Shown here one piece after another: positions 25,817-37,900 of a DNA stretch of 64,000 bases. Made by a program: the position numbers and the translations under genes. The notes under the pieces are model-generated. The model saw only the letters and a list, made by a program, of their open reading frames with translations. It was not told the origin of the DNA and did no database searches. Source of the DNA: Phoronis australis (Eukaryota; Animalia; Phoronida); assembly GCA_002633005.1 (NCBI GenBank), contig NMRA01000433.1:124001-188000 (forward strand), in the 5' to 3' direction. Numbering within the stretch: the stretch's first letter is position 1; each line of letters starts with the position of its first letter.

Positions 25817-26251
25817 GTGAGTTTGCTTTTGCTTAATTTACGGTGGGAGCACACCTCTCACCTCCCTGACTTATAATGACATTTTCCTTCCTGCACTGTA
25901 TTCAAGGGAAAAATAATTACCAAAATTGTCGTTTTGCAAATTCTGATTATGTTTGCCTCATATTTCGAAGTGGAAAACTTATCTAAATTTGTTATTGAGA
26001 AGTTTTTGCTGCAAAATAAAATTTCCTTCTGTGGTAAATTTATGTACAATTTCCGTACTACTTTGTATAACCGAATTGTTGCAATGGGTATATTGTAAAG
26101 CGTCGACTCCGCAGATAGGATAAGCGTTTTCCTGTGGTAATACGCTATTTTTGGGGTCTTACCAGCCTTTTACCAGAAAGAACTATCCGCCTCTTGTGTT
26201 CAAGGTCATCGGTTCAAATCCCACTGAAACCCACGTACTGCTCGGCCTTAA

Positions 26252-27500
26252 GGTTATCTCCAACCTTAATTAATGGCCTCTATTCTAACTCGTATATCAA
26301 AACACCTTTGTCAACTAGTAGAAGTATTTATCCCATACGCGTTGAATCTGTCGAGGGAAATACGGCCATGTAATAAAGGTTTCCTTATTCACCTCCAGCA
26401 CTACTTCAACAGTAACCTCTGACATGGAAAGTTCAAAAGGTAGGTGAATGTCGACTCGACATCGTTTGCCAGTTCGATCACAAAACTTTCGGAAAATAGT
26501 TTAAAGTAATACAATTATAGCAGTATAAATAACGCTCAACATACAATCAGTTCTCAATCGTAACATCAGGAACAGAACTGTTAATTATATGACAGTTCTG
26601 TCTCAGAATTCATTTGCCAAATATTTTATCGTCTGCAACTCTGGCGCCGTTTCGTCGGTAACTACAATATCAAATATTGTTGTTATTGAACTATTTTCAA
26701 GAGATGTTCAATGAAAAGTTACCCTTGTTTTCATCTTTTTATCTCTTTTCAAGAAATAAATCGTCACATTTAAAACTGTTTCTTTTACTAGAGAAAACTT
26801 GCAGCCTAACGCGCAAGTACATACATATATGATGTGATCCGTCACGTGAACAGTCTGAGTGAAGTATTTGAAAAATCTGCGGAAAAATTAAAGAAACTTA
26901 GGAATTCGAAGCGTATGGGATAAATACAAGTCATTAGTCACGAGTCATTAGTCCGCGTAATAATGTCTCGTGGGATATTACTTCATGTACGCCACTCTCG
27001 GTACGTTTTGTGTATATATTTTCTGAAAGAAAAAGATTAGGGAATAAGAAAATACGTTTTGTATTTATGTATCATTGTTGTTTTTACGTAAAAACCTTTT
27101 TAAGTCAAAATTTTATTTTTAAGAAAGGTTCATTCATAGCAAAATAAACCCTTGGTCGATTTAAACGAAACTTGAAATGAAAACTTCACCAGTTACATCA
27201 AAAACGCTGTTAATAACTTTCGATTAGTCTTTTCGTTTGGTGTTTATGACAAACAAACTCGCAAAACGTAAGGTATCTTTGTAAAAAACGGCAGTCGTAT
27301 TCGTCTTCGTTATAATCCGCAAAAATAGAGAATCCTAAAAGCTTTTTGAGACTGATGACTAACTATTAAATTTGGAAAGTTTCAGCGAAATCCACTGAGC
27401 TCTCACAGTCTTCGGTTAATTATTCGGTGAAAGCTTCTTTTCGGTACACATAACCTATACAAGCCTGAAATATGTTCGCTATTTCAACCTTTACTCACAT
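26252..27500. mobile_element. Kolobok-like family 2, copy A (right part missing)
   Basis: TTAA + GGTTATCTCCAACCTTA terminus; collinear with 32509-33748. Confidence 0.7.
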
Positions 27501-28121
27501 ATTTTTATTAAGTATGATGAAGTTAACTGTTATAAATAATGCTGAATGAAATACATGTAGATGTACTTTTTATGACTGGACACTTGTAGATCGGTGGAAT
27601 TTTATAGTAAAAGCCAAGTTTCACCACCCTCGATCAGGTGTTCACTATTAGCATGATTTTCCGACACAGACTGATTAAGATCCATTGCAAATTGTGTCGC
27701 TATAGACGAAGATTCAGCTGCACAATTGTTGTATTTGAGTAGAAAGTTTCGCTACCCAAGAGCATGGGCGCACTCGAGGGGAGCCTCAGGGGCTCGAATG
27801 AGCCCCCCCCCCATTTTGGCGAATTTGCCAAAAAGGTCCACCTCATTGAAATAAAAAGTCCGAGTAAACGAGACAAAAGTCCACAGAGTCCACAGGAATT
27901 CTGCGGGGATGCACAATTCATAGTGGCAGACTGTACTTTTACTGGAGTAATTTCGAGATCGTGTGCGGCAGCTTTAGTGCATTTTTCATAACCATCACTC
28001 CACCAGTAGGATACCGCTGAGCTCTTGGCTGAATAATTCATCTGTCTTGTGCCTTCATGGCACGTTCACTCATGCTTTAAGTTTTCAACAATAAACATCG
28101 ATCTTTAACCCTCTCTTTCAG

Positions 28122-28164
28122 TCGGCCAGTCTGACACAGACATCAACTATTACTTATTTACAAG
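28122..28164 (+). CDS. Duplicate copy of lipase B exon 2
   Basis: tttcag|43 nt|gtgcgt; (L)GQSDTDINYYLFT(R). Identical to 35250-35292. Confidence 0.75.
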
Positions 28165-29008
28165 GTGCGTATGGAAGCCGTGAAAATGTAAAGGGCGTGC
28201 GATATTACGTACATGGTATATGTAGCAAGTCAATCAAAACTAGTTTAAATTAGTTTTAATGAAGTTGAGTGTTTCACGTACTCACAAAAGTATCTTTCCC
28301 TCAACTATAAATTGAAAGATAAGGACCTGACTCAAATGATCGGTGCAAGAGCTATCAAAATATAGGTGGTCCATTTATCATCAATATATTCGAAGCTGTC
28401 CTTATTTCCGGAATTTGGCGCATGCGCGTATACACGAAACCGTTTGAATAAACAATGCTGGCTTGAGTTCAGTAACGCTAGGGCCTACACTAGTACCCTA
28501 GCTAAAACCTAACCAAAGTCAAGTGCTCTCATTTGAAATACACGACAATCTTGCGTAATCTCGCGAAGTCTTGTTTTTAGCGAGGTCCTAGCGTTACTAA
28601 ACGGGAGTCTGGAAAGCGAGTGTTTCGGGTAGATACAAATCTCATTCATCAATATGTAAGCTATTCGGCTCATGCAATCCACTGAAGAATGGCATAGGTT
28701 GGGATAACGCGTCCAGACCTCCGGCGTACGGCTATTTGGTTTGAAGCTGAATTTCAAACAATCGCGTTGTTTTACTGCGATTGTGAATTAATGGGAAATA
28801 ACCCGTTTTGACGTGCTCGTATTGTTTAGAACCAATTAGGTACCCGTCCAGTGACAAAACTGCTTCTCAAAGTTCGGAAACGTTATATATTCAACCATTG
28901 AATGACTAAAGAGCTCTTTTTTGCCTCCAAACAATAGGCTTATACACCATTCAGGTATGTCATCCAATCTTGAAACAGATAGTCATTGAACTGATCCTTC
29001 AGTATGTC

Positions 29009-29949
29009 TGTTATGGAGACTTTAGTTAAATTAGTACAAGTATTACTTCATTATTTACTTTATTTACTTCATTTTAGTTCGCTTATTCAACTTTATAAGT
29101 CTAGTCACGCTATCGCCGTTATTCCGAGTGCCCTTTGTTGTATAGAAGTATTTTAGTGCTGCCTCTAGCGGGTGTGGGCGTAGTTGTGTCCGCCATATTG
29201 TCATAGTTTGATCGAACTGTTGTCGGAAAATATATCGTTGAAATAGATTATTATTGTTGTCTTTGGTCATCGTGAGGCCAGAGAATTGGTAGAAGAGCAA
29301 GGTTACAACGTTAAAAGAACTGTGGACGAATTAAGATGGGTCTTAAGCGCCAGACCTATGTTCCGGCATACTCGGACGAAGAGATCACCCAGCTAAAAAT
29401 GGCGAAAACCAAATGTAAGTCACTATTTACCAGACGTCGCCATCAGTTGTTAGACTCTTTGTATGACACTGAGACAAACTTTAGTGAACTCAAAACACTG
29501 AAAAATCATCTCCTAGACGCATATGAGAGCGTAATAGACGTCCTGGCCCGCCTGTCAGACTTGTATGCCAAAAGTGGTGATCATGCAAACGTAGACAAAA
29601 TAAACAAAGAGACTGAAAAAATTGAAGAAGAATTTGACAGGGCGGAGAGCCAGTTCGAAACATGCGCTAGTGAAACCAGATCGGTTGTTGACAAAGCAGA
29701 ACATTATGATTCCCAGCCCCCACAACACGCTGTTAAAGTCGAAAATAAAGCAAAACACAACACATCTCCCCCCTTGCCGGAGGTTTCATCCCGTCTATAC
29801 CAAGGCCCTTTTACGGCTACTGAAGGTACCCAACTGTATGACGGTCTCGCTGACGATGAAATAGGTAGAGACATGTGGAAGCAACTGACAAGGGTGTCCA
29901 TCCCGACTTTCAATGGCGACAAGAAAACATATGGTAGCTGGAAGGCAGC
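29009..29949 (+). mobile_element. BEL/Pao LTR retrotransposon 5' end: LTR (~29009-29307) and gag, cut by the contig end
   Basis: Begins TGTTATGG exactly where copy A departs from copy B (empty site at 37304). Candidate LTR end GTTACA at 29307, followed by a gag ORF. Confidence 0.85.
29336..29949 (+). CDS. BEL/Pao Gag, N-terminal part (coiled coil + start of the DUF1759 region)
   Basis: Uninterrupted ORF up to the N at 29950. KSLFTRRRHQLL coiled-coil segment and DMWKQLTRVSIPTFNGDKKTYGSWKA, the typical L..h.IP.F.GD...Y..W motif. Confidence 0.85.
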
Positions 29950-30799
29950 NGTGCATAGTGTTCCCTATTCAATTCTCTAGGCTGCAGATAACTGTTTTGT
30001 GCAGTACATGTAGGTGTTATACAAGTAAGAAGAAGAACGCAAGACAATTCATCACTACCACCATCCATTCTGGTGTACTCTCAAATCAAATTTTGTACAT
30101 TCCGTTATTTCTTACTGACATGCCAGTACAGAGTAAACGCCAAACTACTACAATCACCAATATTTACAAGCCTGTTCCTTACAATTATGGTGTTTTCGTG
30201 AATGACTTTTTGCAACGTATTGCGCTGCAAAAGGCGCCCGTTGTTTACGCTCTTCAAAATTCATGACCATTGCTTACATACAGCTTGGCGGAACTAGTCG
30301 CAGCGAACTCACCGGCAGCTACTTTTATAATCTCTGCTAACATTTCGAAAACTAGGTCAATGTTCCGATGCGTTTTTCTATCTTCTCGTCAAAATATATC
30401 TTGATTCCAGATTTGACTTTTTGCGGTGGAGCTCGAGGGTACTTACATGTATTACCCTATATAAGATAGCTTGGTTTGTTTCTTGTCTCCAAGAAAATGG
30501 GCAACCGCAGGCTCTCTTTGGTGCACGTAGCTGAACGTATTGCTTGCATAACGACCATTTTAATTTGGTCGCCATTTCCACTTGTGAATCTGGTACTTTT
30601 ATGTGGGCGATAGAAAATCACCAAGTGCTTGCTATACGGTATTACATATCGTGTGCACTGAGGCACAAGATAAAACTGTTCTGTAGGCGTAGTCCGTGAT
30701 ATAGTTCCCAAGCCCCCTGATAACCATCCTGCACAGCATGCTGAAGGTAGCTGCATTAACGACAATACGCAAACGTTTGAATTGGACTTAGACCAACTA

Positions 30800-31539
30800 C
30801 AAGGTACCTAAACTACACGGTCAACGGACTCAAAAACACGGGAACGGACGCATGAACACGACTCACGGACCGGCAAACACCGTCCACTGACTCACTAACA
30901 CGGGAACGGACTCACAAAACACGATCCACGCACCCAAATACACGGGACACGGACTCATATTCACGAGGAAACACGGTTAACGGACCGCCAAACACGGTCA
31001 ACGGACAAAATGTCAACTTCAGCGTTGACAGCTGTGTAATGGGTGCGAGATTAAATATATTTTTGATGTTATTTTTGTCTGTACTGTGATGTAATTGTTG
31101 TGATTTAGAAACAATAAACATTATTGAAACTAATTATTCGTTCTGAAATTTATTGACTTTCCAAACCTGTTTGTAACATCAAATCTTAATTTTGACAGTG
31201 AGACTAGCGACTTGGGAAGCATCCTCGTCCGCAAGCCTCAAGAGAGCGCTGATCGCTAAGCAGATTAACGCCATCTTGAGGCTGACCTAGGAAGGCGATG
31301 AGTCCGTGTCCCGTGTTTATGGCATGCTTTATCGGCGTGGATCGTGTTTGGCGGTCCGTTAACCGTGTTTCCTCGTGAATATGAGTCCGTGTCCCGTGTA
31401 TTTGGGTGCGTGGATCGTGTTTTGTGAGTCCGTTCCCGTGTTTGTGAGTCAGTGGACGGTGTTTGCCGGTCCGTGAGTCGTGTTCATGCGTCCGTTCCCG
31501 TGTTTTTGAGTCCGTTGACCGTGTAGTTTAGGTACCTTG
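30800..31539. mobile_element. 740-bp MITE/foldback element with ~195-bp TIRs, CA...TG ends and a 5-bp TSD (AACTA)
   Basis: CAAGGTACCTAAACTACACGG...CCGTGTAGTTTAGGTACCTTG; AACTA at 30795-30799 and 31540-31544. The empty site GACCAACTATCTCG is present in copy A (~25355-25368). Confidence 0.92.
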
Positions 31540-31946
31540 AACTATCCCGTGCGCGCATGCTTATTTGCGTAGAACGTTGCCCCTTATAGGACTCTGCTTG
31601 TCTGCATAGGCCTACATGGCAGCAGATCCAGAAAAAAATGAAACAGTCAGTCTTAAAATGGACAGGCACTGTGGGTACAGTTTTATTTCCCAACCGCAGC
31701 AACTCCGAAGTTACCGAATAAGTAGACAGGCATACTGGAGCGGCCCCTTTTAGTCCTGGGCTCAGGTGATTTTAGCACGCAGTTACAGAACCGGAGCATC
31801 TGTCTGGCTTTTCTGACTCCCACGTCATCTTCCTCCGCCAAACTTACATAATTTATCGCTGGAACATGTCGGGTCGCACTCTTAAATGTCATGGACACAA
31901 GAAGTCAGGCAGAGTCAGCTTAGCCACTATCTGACAAGCAAGTACA

Positions 31947-31998
31947 ATGAAGACACTACTGTTGTGCATGGTGTTGGGTAGTCTGGCGTTAATGACCC
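31947..31998 (+). CDS. Lipase B exon 1 (signal peptide)
   Basis: MKTLLLCMVLGSLALMT, phase-1 donor gtgagt. Confidence 0.82.
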
Positions 31999-34900
31999 GT
32001 GAGTTTGCTTTTGCTTATTTTACGGTCGGAGCACACCTCTCACCTCCCCGCCATCTTCCTTCCTGCACTGTATTCAAGGGGAAAATAATTACCAAAATTG
32101 TCGTTTTGCAAATTCTGATTATGTTTGCCTTATATTTCGAAGTGGAAAACTTATCATCTAAATTTGTTGTTGAGAAGTTTTTTTCTGCAAAATAAAATTT
32201 CCTTCTGTGGTAAATTTATGTAGAATCTCCGTACTACTTTGTATAACCGAATTGTTGCATTGGATATATTGTAAAGCGTCGACTCCGCAGATATGAAAAG
32301 CGTTTTCCGCGCTGATCGCAAAAGAGAGAAACTTCCCTCAAGCGTACAGCACAAATTTTGATTAAGAACAGTTCATACAATATTCGTATGGTAATACGCT
32401 AGTTTTTTTTGGGACTTACCAGCCTTTTACCTGAAAGAACTATCCGCCTCTTGTTTTCAAGGTCGTCGGTTCAAATCCCATTGAACCCCACGTTCTGCTC
32501 GGCCTTAAGGTTATCTCCAACCTTAATTAGCGGCCTCTATTCTAACTCGTATATCAAAAAACCAAGCTTTGTCAAATAGTCGACGTATTTATCCCATACG
32601 CGTTGAATCTGTCGAGGGAAATACGGTCATGTAATAAAGGTTTCCTTATTCACCTCCCGCACTACTTCAACAGTGACCTCTGACGTGGAAAGCTCAAAAG
32701 GTATGTGAATGTCGACTCGACGTCGTTTGCCAGTTCGATCACAAAACTTTCGGAAAATAGTTTAAAGTAATACAAATATAGCAGTATAAATAACGCTCAA
32801 CATACTATCAGGTCTCAATCGTAACATCAGGAACAGGACTGTTAATTATGAGAGTTCTGTCTGAGAGTTCATTAACGTCTGCAACTCTGGCGCCGATTCG
32901 TCGGTAACTGCAATATCAAATATTGTTGTTATTGAACTATTTTCAAGAGATGTTCAATGAAAAGTTACCCTTGTTTTCATCTTTGTTATCTCTTTTCAAG
33001 AAATAAATCGTCACATTTAAAACTGTTTCTTTTACTAGAGAAAACTTGCAGCCCAACGCGCAAGTACATACATATAGGATGTGATCCGCCACGTGAACAG
33101 TCTGAGTGAAGTATTTAAAAAATCTGCGGAAAAATTAAAGAAACTTAGGAATTCGAAGCGTATGGGATAAATACAAGTCATTAGTCCGCGTAATAATGTC
33201 TCGTGTGATATTACTTTATGCACGCCACTCTCGGTACGTTTTGTGTATATATTTTCTGAAAGAAAAAAGATTAGGGAATAAGAAAATGCGTTTTGTATTT
33301 ATGTAACATTGTTGTTTTTACGTAAAAACCCTTTTCACGTCAAAATTTTATTTTTGAGAAAGGTTCATTCATAGCAAAATAACCCCTTGGCCGATTTCAA
33401 CGAAACTTTTTTTGAAACTAAAACTTCATCAGTTACCTCAAAAACGCTGTTAATAATTTTCGATCAGTCTTTTCGTTTGGTTTCTATTACAAACCAACTC
33501 GCAAAACGTAAGGTATCTTTGTAATAAACGGCAGTCGTATTCGTCTTTGTTATAATCCGCAAAAAAATAGGCCTTTACATCAAAAATCCTAAAAGCTTTT
33601 TGAGACTGATGACTAACTATTAAATTTGTAAAGTTTCAGCGAAATCCACTGAGCTCTCAAAGTCTTCGGTTAATTATTCGGTGAAAGCTTCTTTTCGGTA
33701 CACATAACCTATACAAGCCTGAAATATGTTCGCTATTTTTTACTCACAATGTCAACTGATTTTGAGGTGCGTAATTAACTTAATTATCATTAAAAAGTAC
33801 CCTTCCCACGTAACTACTGCTGTTTGCGACCATTTGACCTACTTTTATATGTAAAATAGGTCACAGTTCACTGGAATACACATAGCCTGTACACGTCACG
33901 TGCTGGGAGACTGATGCAAAATCAAGTAAGAAATGGATAACAAAAGTCAAATCGGTGATTAAAGCATGTCGATAGCGTGAGACAGAAACAATGAAATGTC
34001 AATGTATTAATTGAATGAAGGAATTAGGGTGAGGATTGATCTCTTTTCACAATTTGCTGTGTTCATGACCACAGAGGCTTGAGGCGACAGTAGCTTTCGT
34101 TCTCAACGCCAATGGTAGTATGCATGCAGACGCACAACTGCCATAGGATCAAAACTACGTTTTGTTTTTGTTTTACACGGCACCATTCTACCATAAGTAC
34201 ACCTCGTTTACTCAATGTTATGGCGATTTTGTTAATGAAAGGACGGAGGGTATACGAAGCTGTTCTGTACCTGGCGGGAGATTCGAGCCCTTTAACCTTT
34301 GACCTCGGATAAGTAGTGAACAAATATCCACGCGGTTGGGCGGTTCCAAGGTGGTTCTGTTAATTTTTTTCTCGCTACGCAGTTTATACTTTGTATTTGA
34401 AGTTCCCCGAGAATGAAGATAAGGTATTTTACTAGACACATGTGAAATACTGTAAAAATGGCCATTTTGTGAATAAGGTTGGAGATAATCTTTTAAGGTT
34501 AAATTAAAATTTGTGAATATGTGAATATTAATAAATTTAAAAAAATGGTTTCAGGTGACTGGTGCGATGGACCCAGCTGATGCAACTCGTATCGGTCCAC
34601 CTGAACTATATTTTATTAATTGTTTGAAACTCAAAATTCATTTTGTATCTAAGTATGATGAAGTTAACTGTTATAAATAATGTTGAATGAAATAGATGTA
34701 CTTTTTATTACTGGACACTTGTAGATCGGTGGAATTTTACAGTAAAAGCCAAGATTCACAACCCTCGATCAGGTGTTCACTATTAGCATGATTTTCCGAC
34801 ACAGACTGATTAAGATCTAGTCGCTATAGACGGAGATTCAGCTGCACGATTGTTGTATTTGAGTAGAAAATTTCCCTACCCATCAGCATGGGTGCACTCG

Positions 34901-37900
34901 GGGGGGGGGCTCAGGGGCTCGAACGATCCCCCCCTCCCCCCATTTTGGTGAATTGGCCAAAAAGGTCCACCTCAGCGAAATAAAAAGTCCGAGTAAACGA
35001 GACAAAAGTCCACAAAGTCCACAGGAATTCTGCGGGGATGCACAATTCGTAGTGGCAGACTGTACAATTACTGGAGTAATTTCGAGATCGTGTGCGGCAG
35101 CTTTAGTGCATTTTTCATAACCATCATTCCACCAGTAGGATACCGCTGAGCTCTTGGTTGAATAATTCATCTGTCTTGTGTCTTCATGGCACGTTCACTC
35201 ATGCTTAAGTTTTCAACAATAAACATCGATCTTTAACCTTCTCTTTCAGTCGGCCAGTCTGACACAGACATCAACTATTACTTATTTACAAGGTGCGTAT
35301 GAAAGCCGGGAAATTGTAAAGGGTGTGCGATATTACGTACATGGTATACATGTATGTAGCAAGTCAATCAAAACTAGTTTAAATTAGCTTTAAAGAAGTT
35401 GAGTGTTTCACTCACAAAAGTATCTTTCCCTCAACTATAATTCGAAAGATAAAGACGAGATTCAAATGATCGTTGCAAGAGCTATCAAAATATAGGTGGT
35501 CCAATTATCATCAATATATTCGAAGCTGTCCTTATTTCCTGAATTTTGCGCATGCGCGTATACACGAAACCGTTTGAATAAACAATGCTGGCTTGAGTTC
35601 AGTAACGCTAGGGCCTACGCTAGTACCCTAGCTAAAACCTAACCAAAGTCAAGTGCTCTCATTTGAAATACAGGACAATCTCGCGTAATCTCGCGAAGTC
35701 TTGTTTTTAGCGATGTCCTAGCGTTACTAAACGGGAGTTTGGAAAGCGATGGTTCGGGTAGATACAAATCTAGTTCATTAATATGTAAGCTATTAGGCTC
35801 ATGCAATAGGCCTTTTGCGAGTTTATAACAATAACGCGAGATTATGTGAGTCTTAACTGTTATGTCACGGGAAGTGGGGCAAAAGCTTGTCGTTTGGTCA
35901 TTTGCCCAATACGGTAGCAGAGTGTATTCTGTTATTGTCTTCGAGTTTTTAGCCGTTTAGTTCGAAAAATGTCCAAAAGCATTGCTGTTATGGCAAATGA
36001 ACTTCAGATTCGCACTACAATACGTTCTATCGCGTTCTGTACTAATTTCGTCCCGTGTATTTTAAACGGGCGGTAGGCGAAATCCGCTCACTGATAAAGT
36101 TTTCACCTCGTCAAAAATACATTCTACACCTAAAATTAGCACCTAAAAGGCTCTTACTTTCTTCAGAGACTCTTTCTGCTTCTAAACATATCTTCGATGA
36201 AGCATATATACGGGAATTCAGGTGACTTAGGCGAAGAATTCCAACTCCACTTTGTGGTTAGTGTTAACTTTGTCCGCGTGCGCTATTACCACAATCAAGT
36301 ATTTCAACTGAGTCAGGTGAGTATGAGGCAAAGGCTAGCGCGAGACTGAGCGAAGCGCGAGATTTGGCGCGTGACCTGGCGCGTGACACTTGCAAAATAG
36401 CATGAGAAAATATCAAGTGAAATTTGTAAGATTTGTGTCCCTTGGACTTTTTGTTCGTCAACAGGCGTGATTTCACGTAACTGACTTCCTCAAAATGGCG
36501 GCTAGTGAGAGAAACTCGAGAGAACCGCGAGGTTTTCATGAATATGCTCAAGTTATTTGTAGACTAAATTGTGTCCAGAGTCAGGGTATGTGTTAATTAT
36601 AACTTCATGTGCACATATGCAAGTTTCATTTGATTTTATTTGCTGTATTGTGAAGTGAATATCTTTTCATGGGGATACACTATCGCCCCTGTATGCCTGC
36701 GCCATTCAGGCCTAGAGCGGGTTAAGTTCCAATTTCAGTCCGTTCACAGCTTCGCACAACATAACACATAGTCACATTTCCTTCGTCTATTCACAGTTAT
36801 TCCACGACCCATCTACCATATCTTAAGTTGTTTTAACGTTTTAAGCGTAAAATTCACCATAAGAACTCCAGTAAGTTTTAGCGTGTGTAGCAAAGACTCG
36901 GGACAAAACAAGAGCAATATGGCGGGTTTTGCCCCCTTTCCGGTGACGTCACAGTGACTAGCGAGAAACTCGCAAGTGAGCTATCCACTGAATAATGGCA
37001 TAGGTTGGGATAACGCGCCCAGACCTCCGACGTACGGCTATTTGGTTTGAAGCTGAATTTCAAATAATCGCGTGGTTTTACTGCGATTGGGAATTAATGG
37101 GAAATAACCAGTTTTGACGTGCTCGTATTGTTTAGGTACCCGTCCAGTGACAAAACTGCTTCTCAATGTTCGGAAACGTTATATATTCAATCATTGAATG
37201 ACTAAAGAGCTCTTTTTTGCCTCCAAACAATAGGCTTGTACACCATTCAGGTATGTCATCCAATCTTGAAACAGATAGTCATTGAACTGATCCTTCAGTA
37301 TGTCATTTCGGCCACTGGTATAAAACTTCATAAGTGAGCCTAACAGATAATCATGCACATGCGTAAACAATTATCTTCGAAAAACGCAACACTTTGAATA
37401 TAGGAGTATGACCTTAATTACTTTGATATACGGCATGAAACCACAGGTGCGCAAGTGCAATTGTTTTCGGTTCCCTCTGAGTTCTTAGTGCAAACATGTA
37501 CACCTACCAGACAACCAGTAAACGCAAGACACTCGAGACACTTGAAGCGAGAAATGTTTGGTTGTCGACGTAAAGTGATTTCTATCCTATAATTCAACAT
37601 ACGAGACTCGCAGACTACCACTTCGGTGGTCGCCATGTTGCTATAGTGTAAGCAGACCGCCGGCAGGACAATAGCGCCCGTTACAGGAAAAGTCACAGTT
37701 GACGCATGTCGGACTATTTAATCTATGTCGTAAGCTAGTACAGTGTCGAGTGTGTTCGTGAAGCTCTAGTTTTTCATTCGCGTGATTTAGCAATTGCACT
37801 TTTCGGGTGTATTGCGTCCACGGAACGCGTCCCTGACCAATTTAGGCATTTCAGAGTACGGTCTTAGTTTTGTTCTCTCCAAGTCGACGAGAGATGATTA

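Larger units (their letters stand above)
24527..37304. repeat. Large duplicated block: 24527-29008 (copy A) vs 29951-37304 (copy B), containing the promoter and exons 1-2 of lipase B
   Basis: Collinear, highly similar sequence with SNPs, indels and TE presence/absence differences. Copy B starts right after the single N at 29950. Confidence 0.92.

Noticed and set aside
26185-26240. tRNA-like B-box GGTTCAAATCC (also ~32468)
   Set aside because: No A-box or cloverleaf could be built; at most a decayed SINE head, not a tRNA gene.
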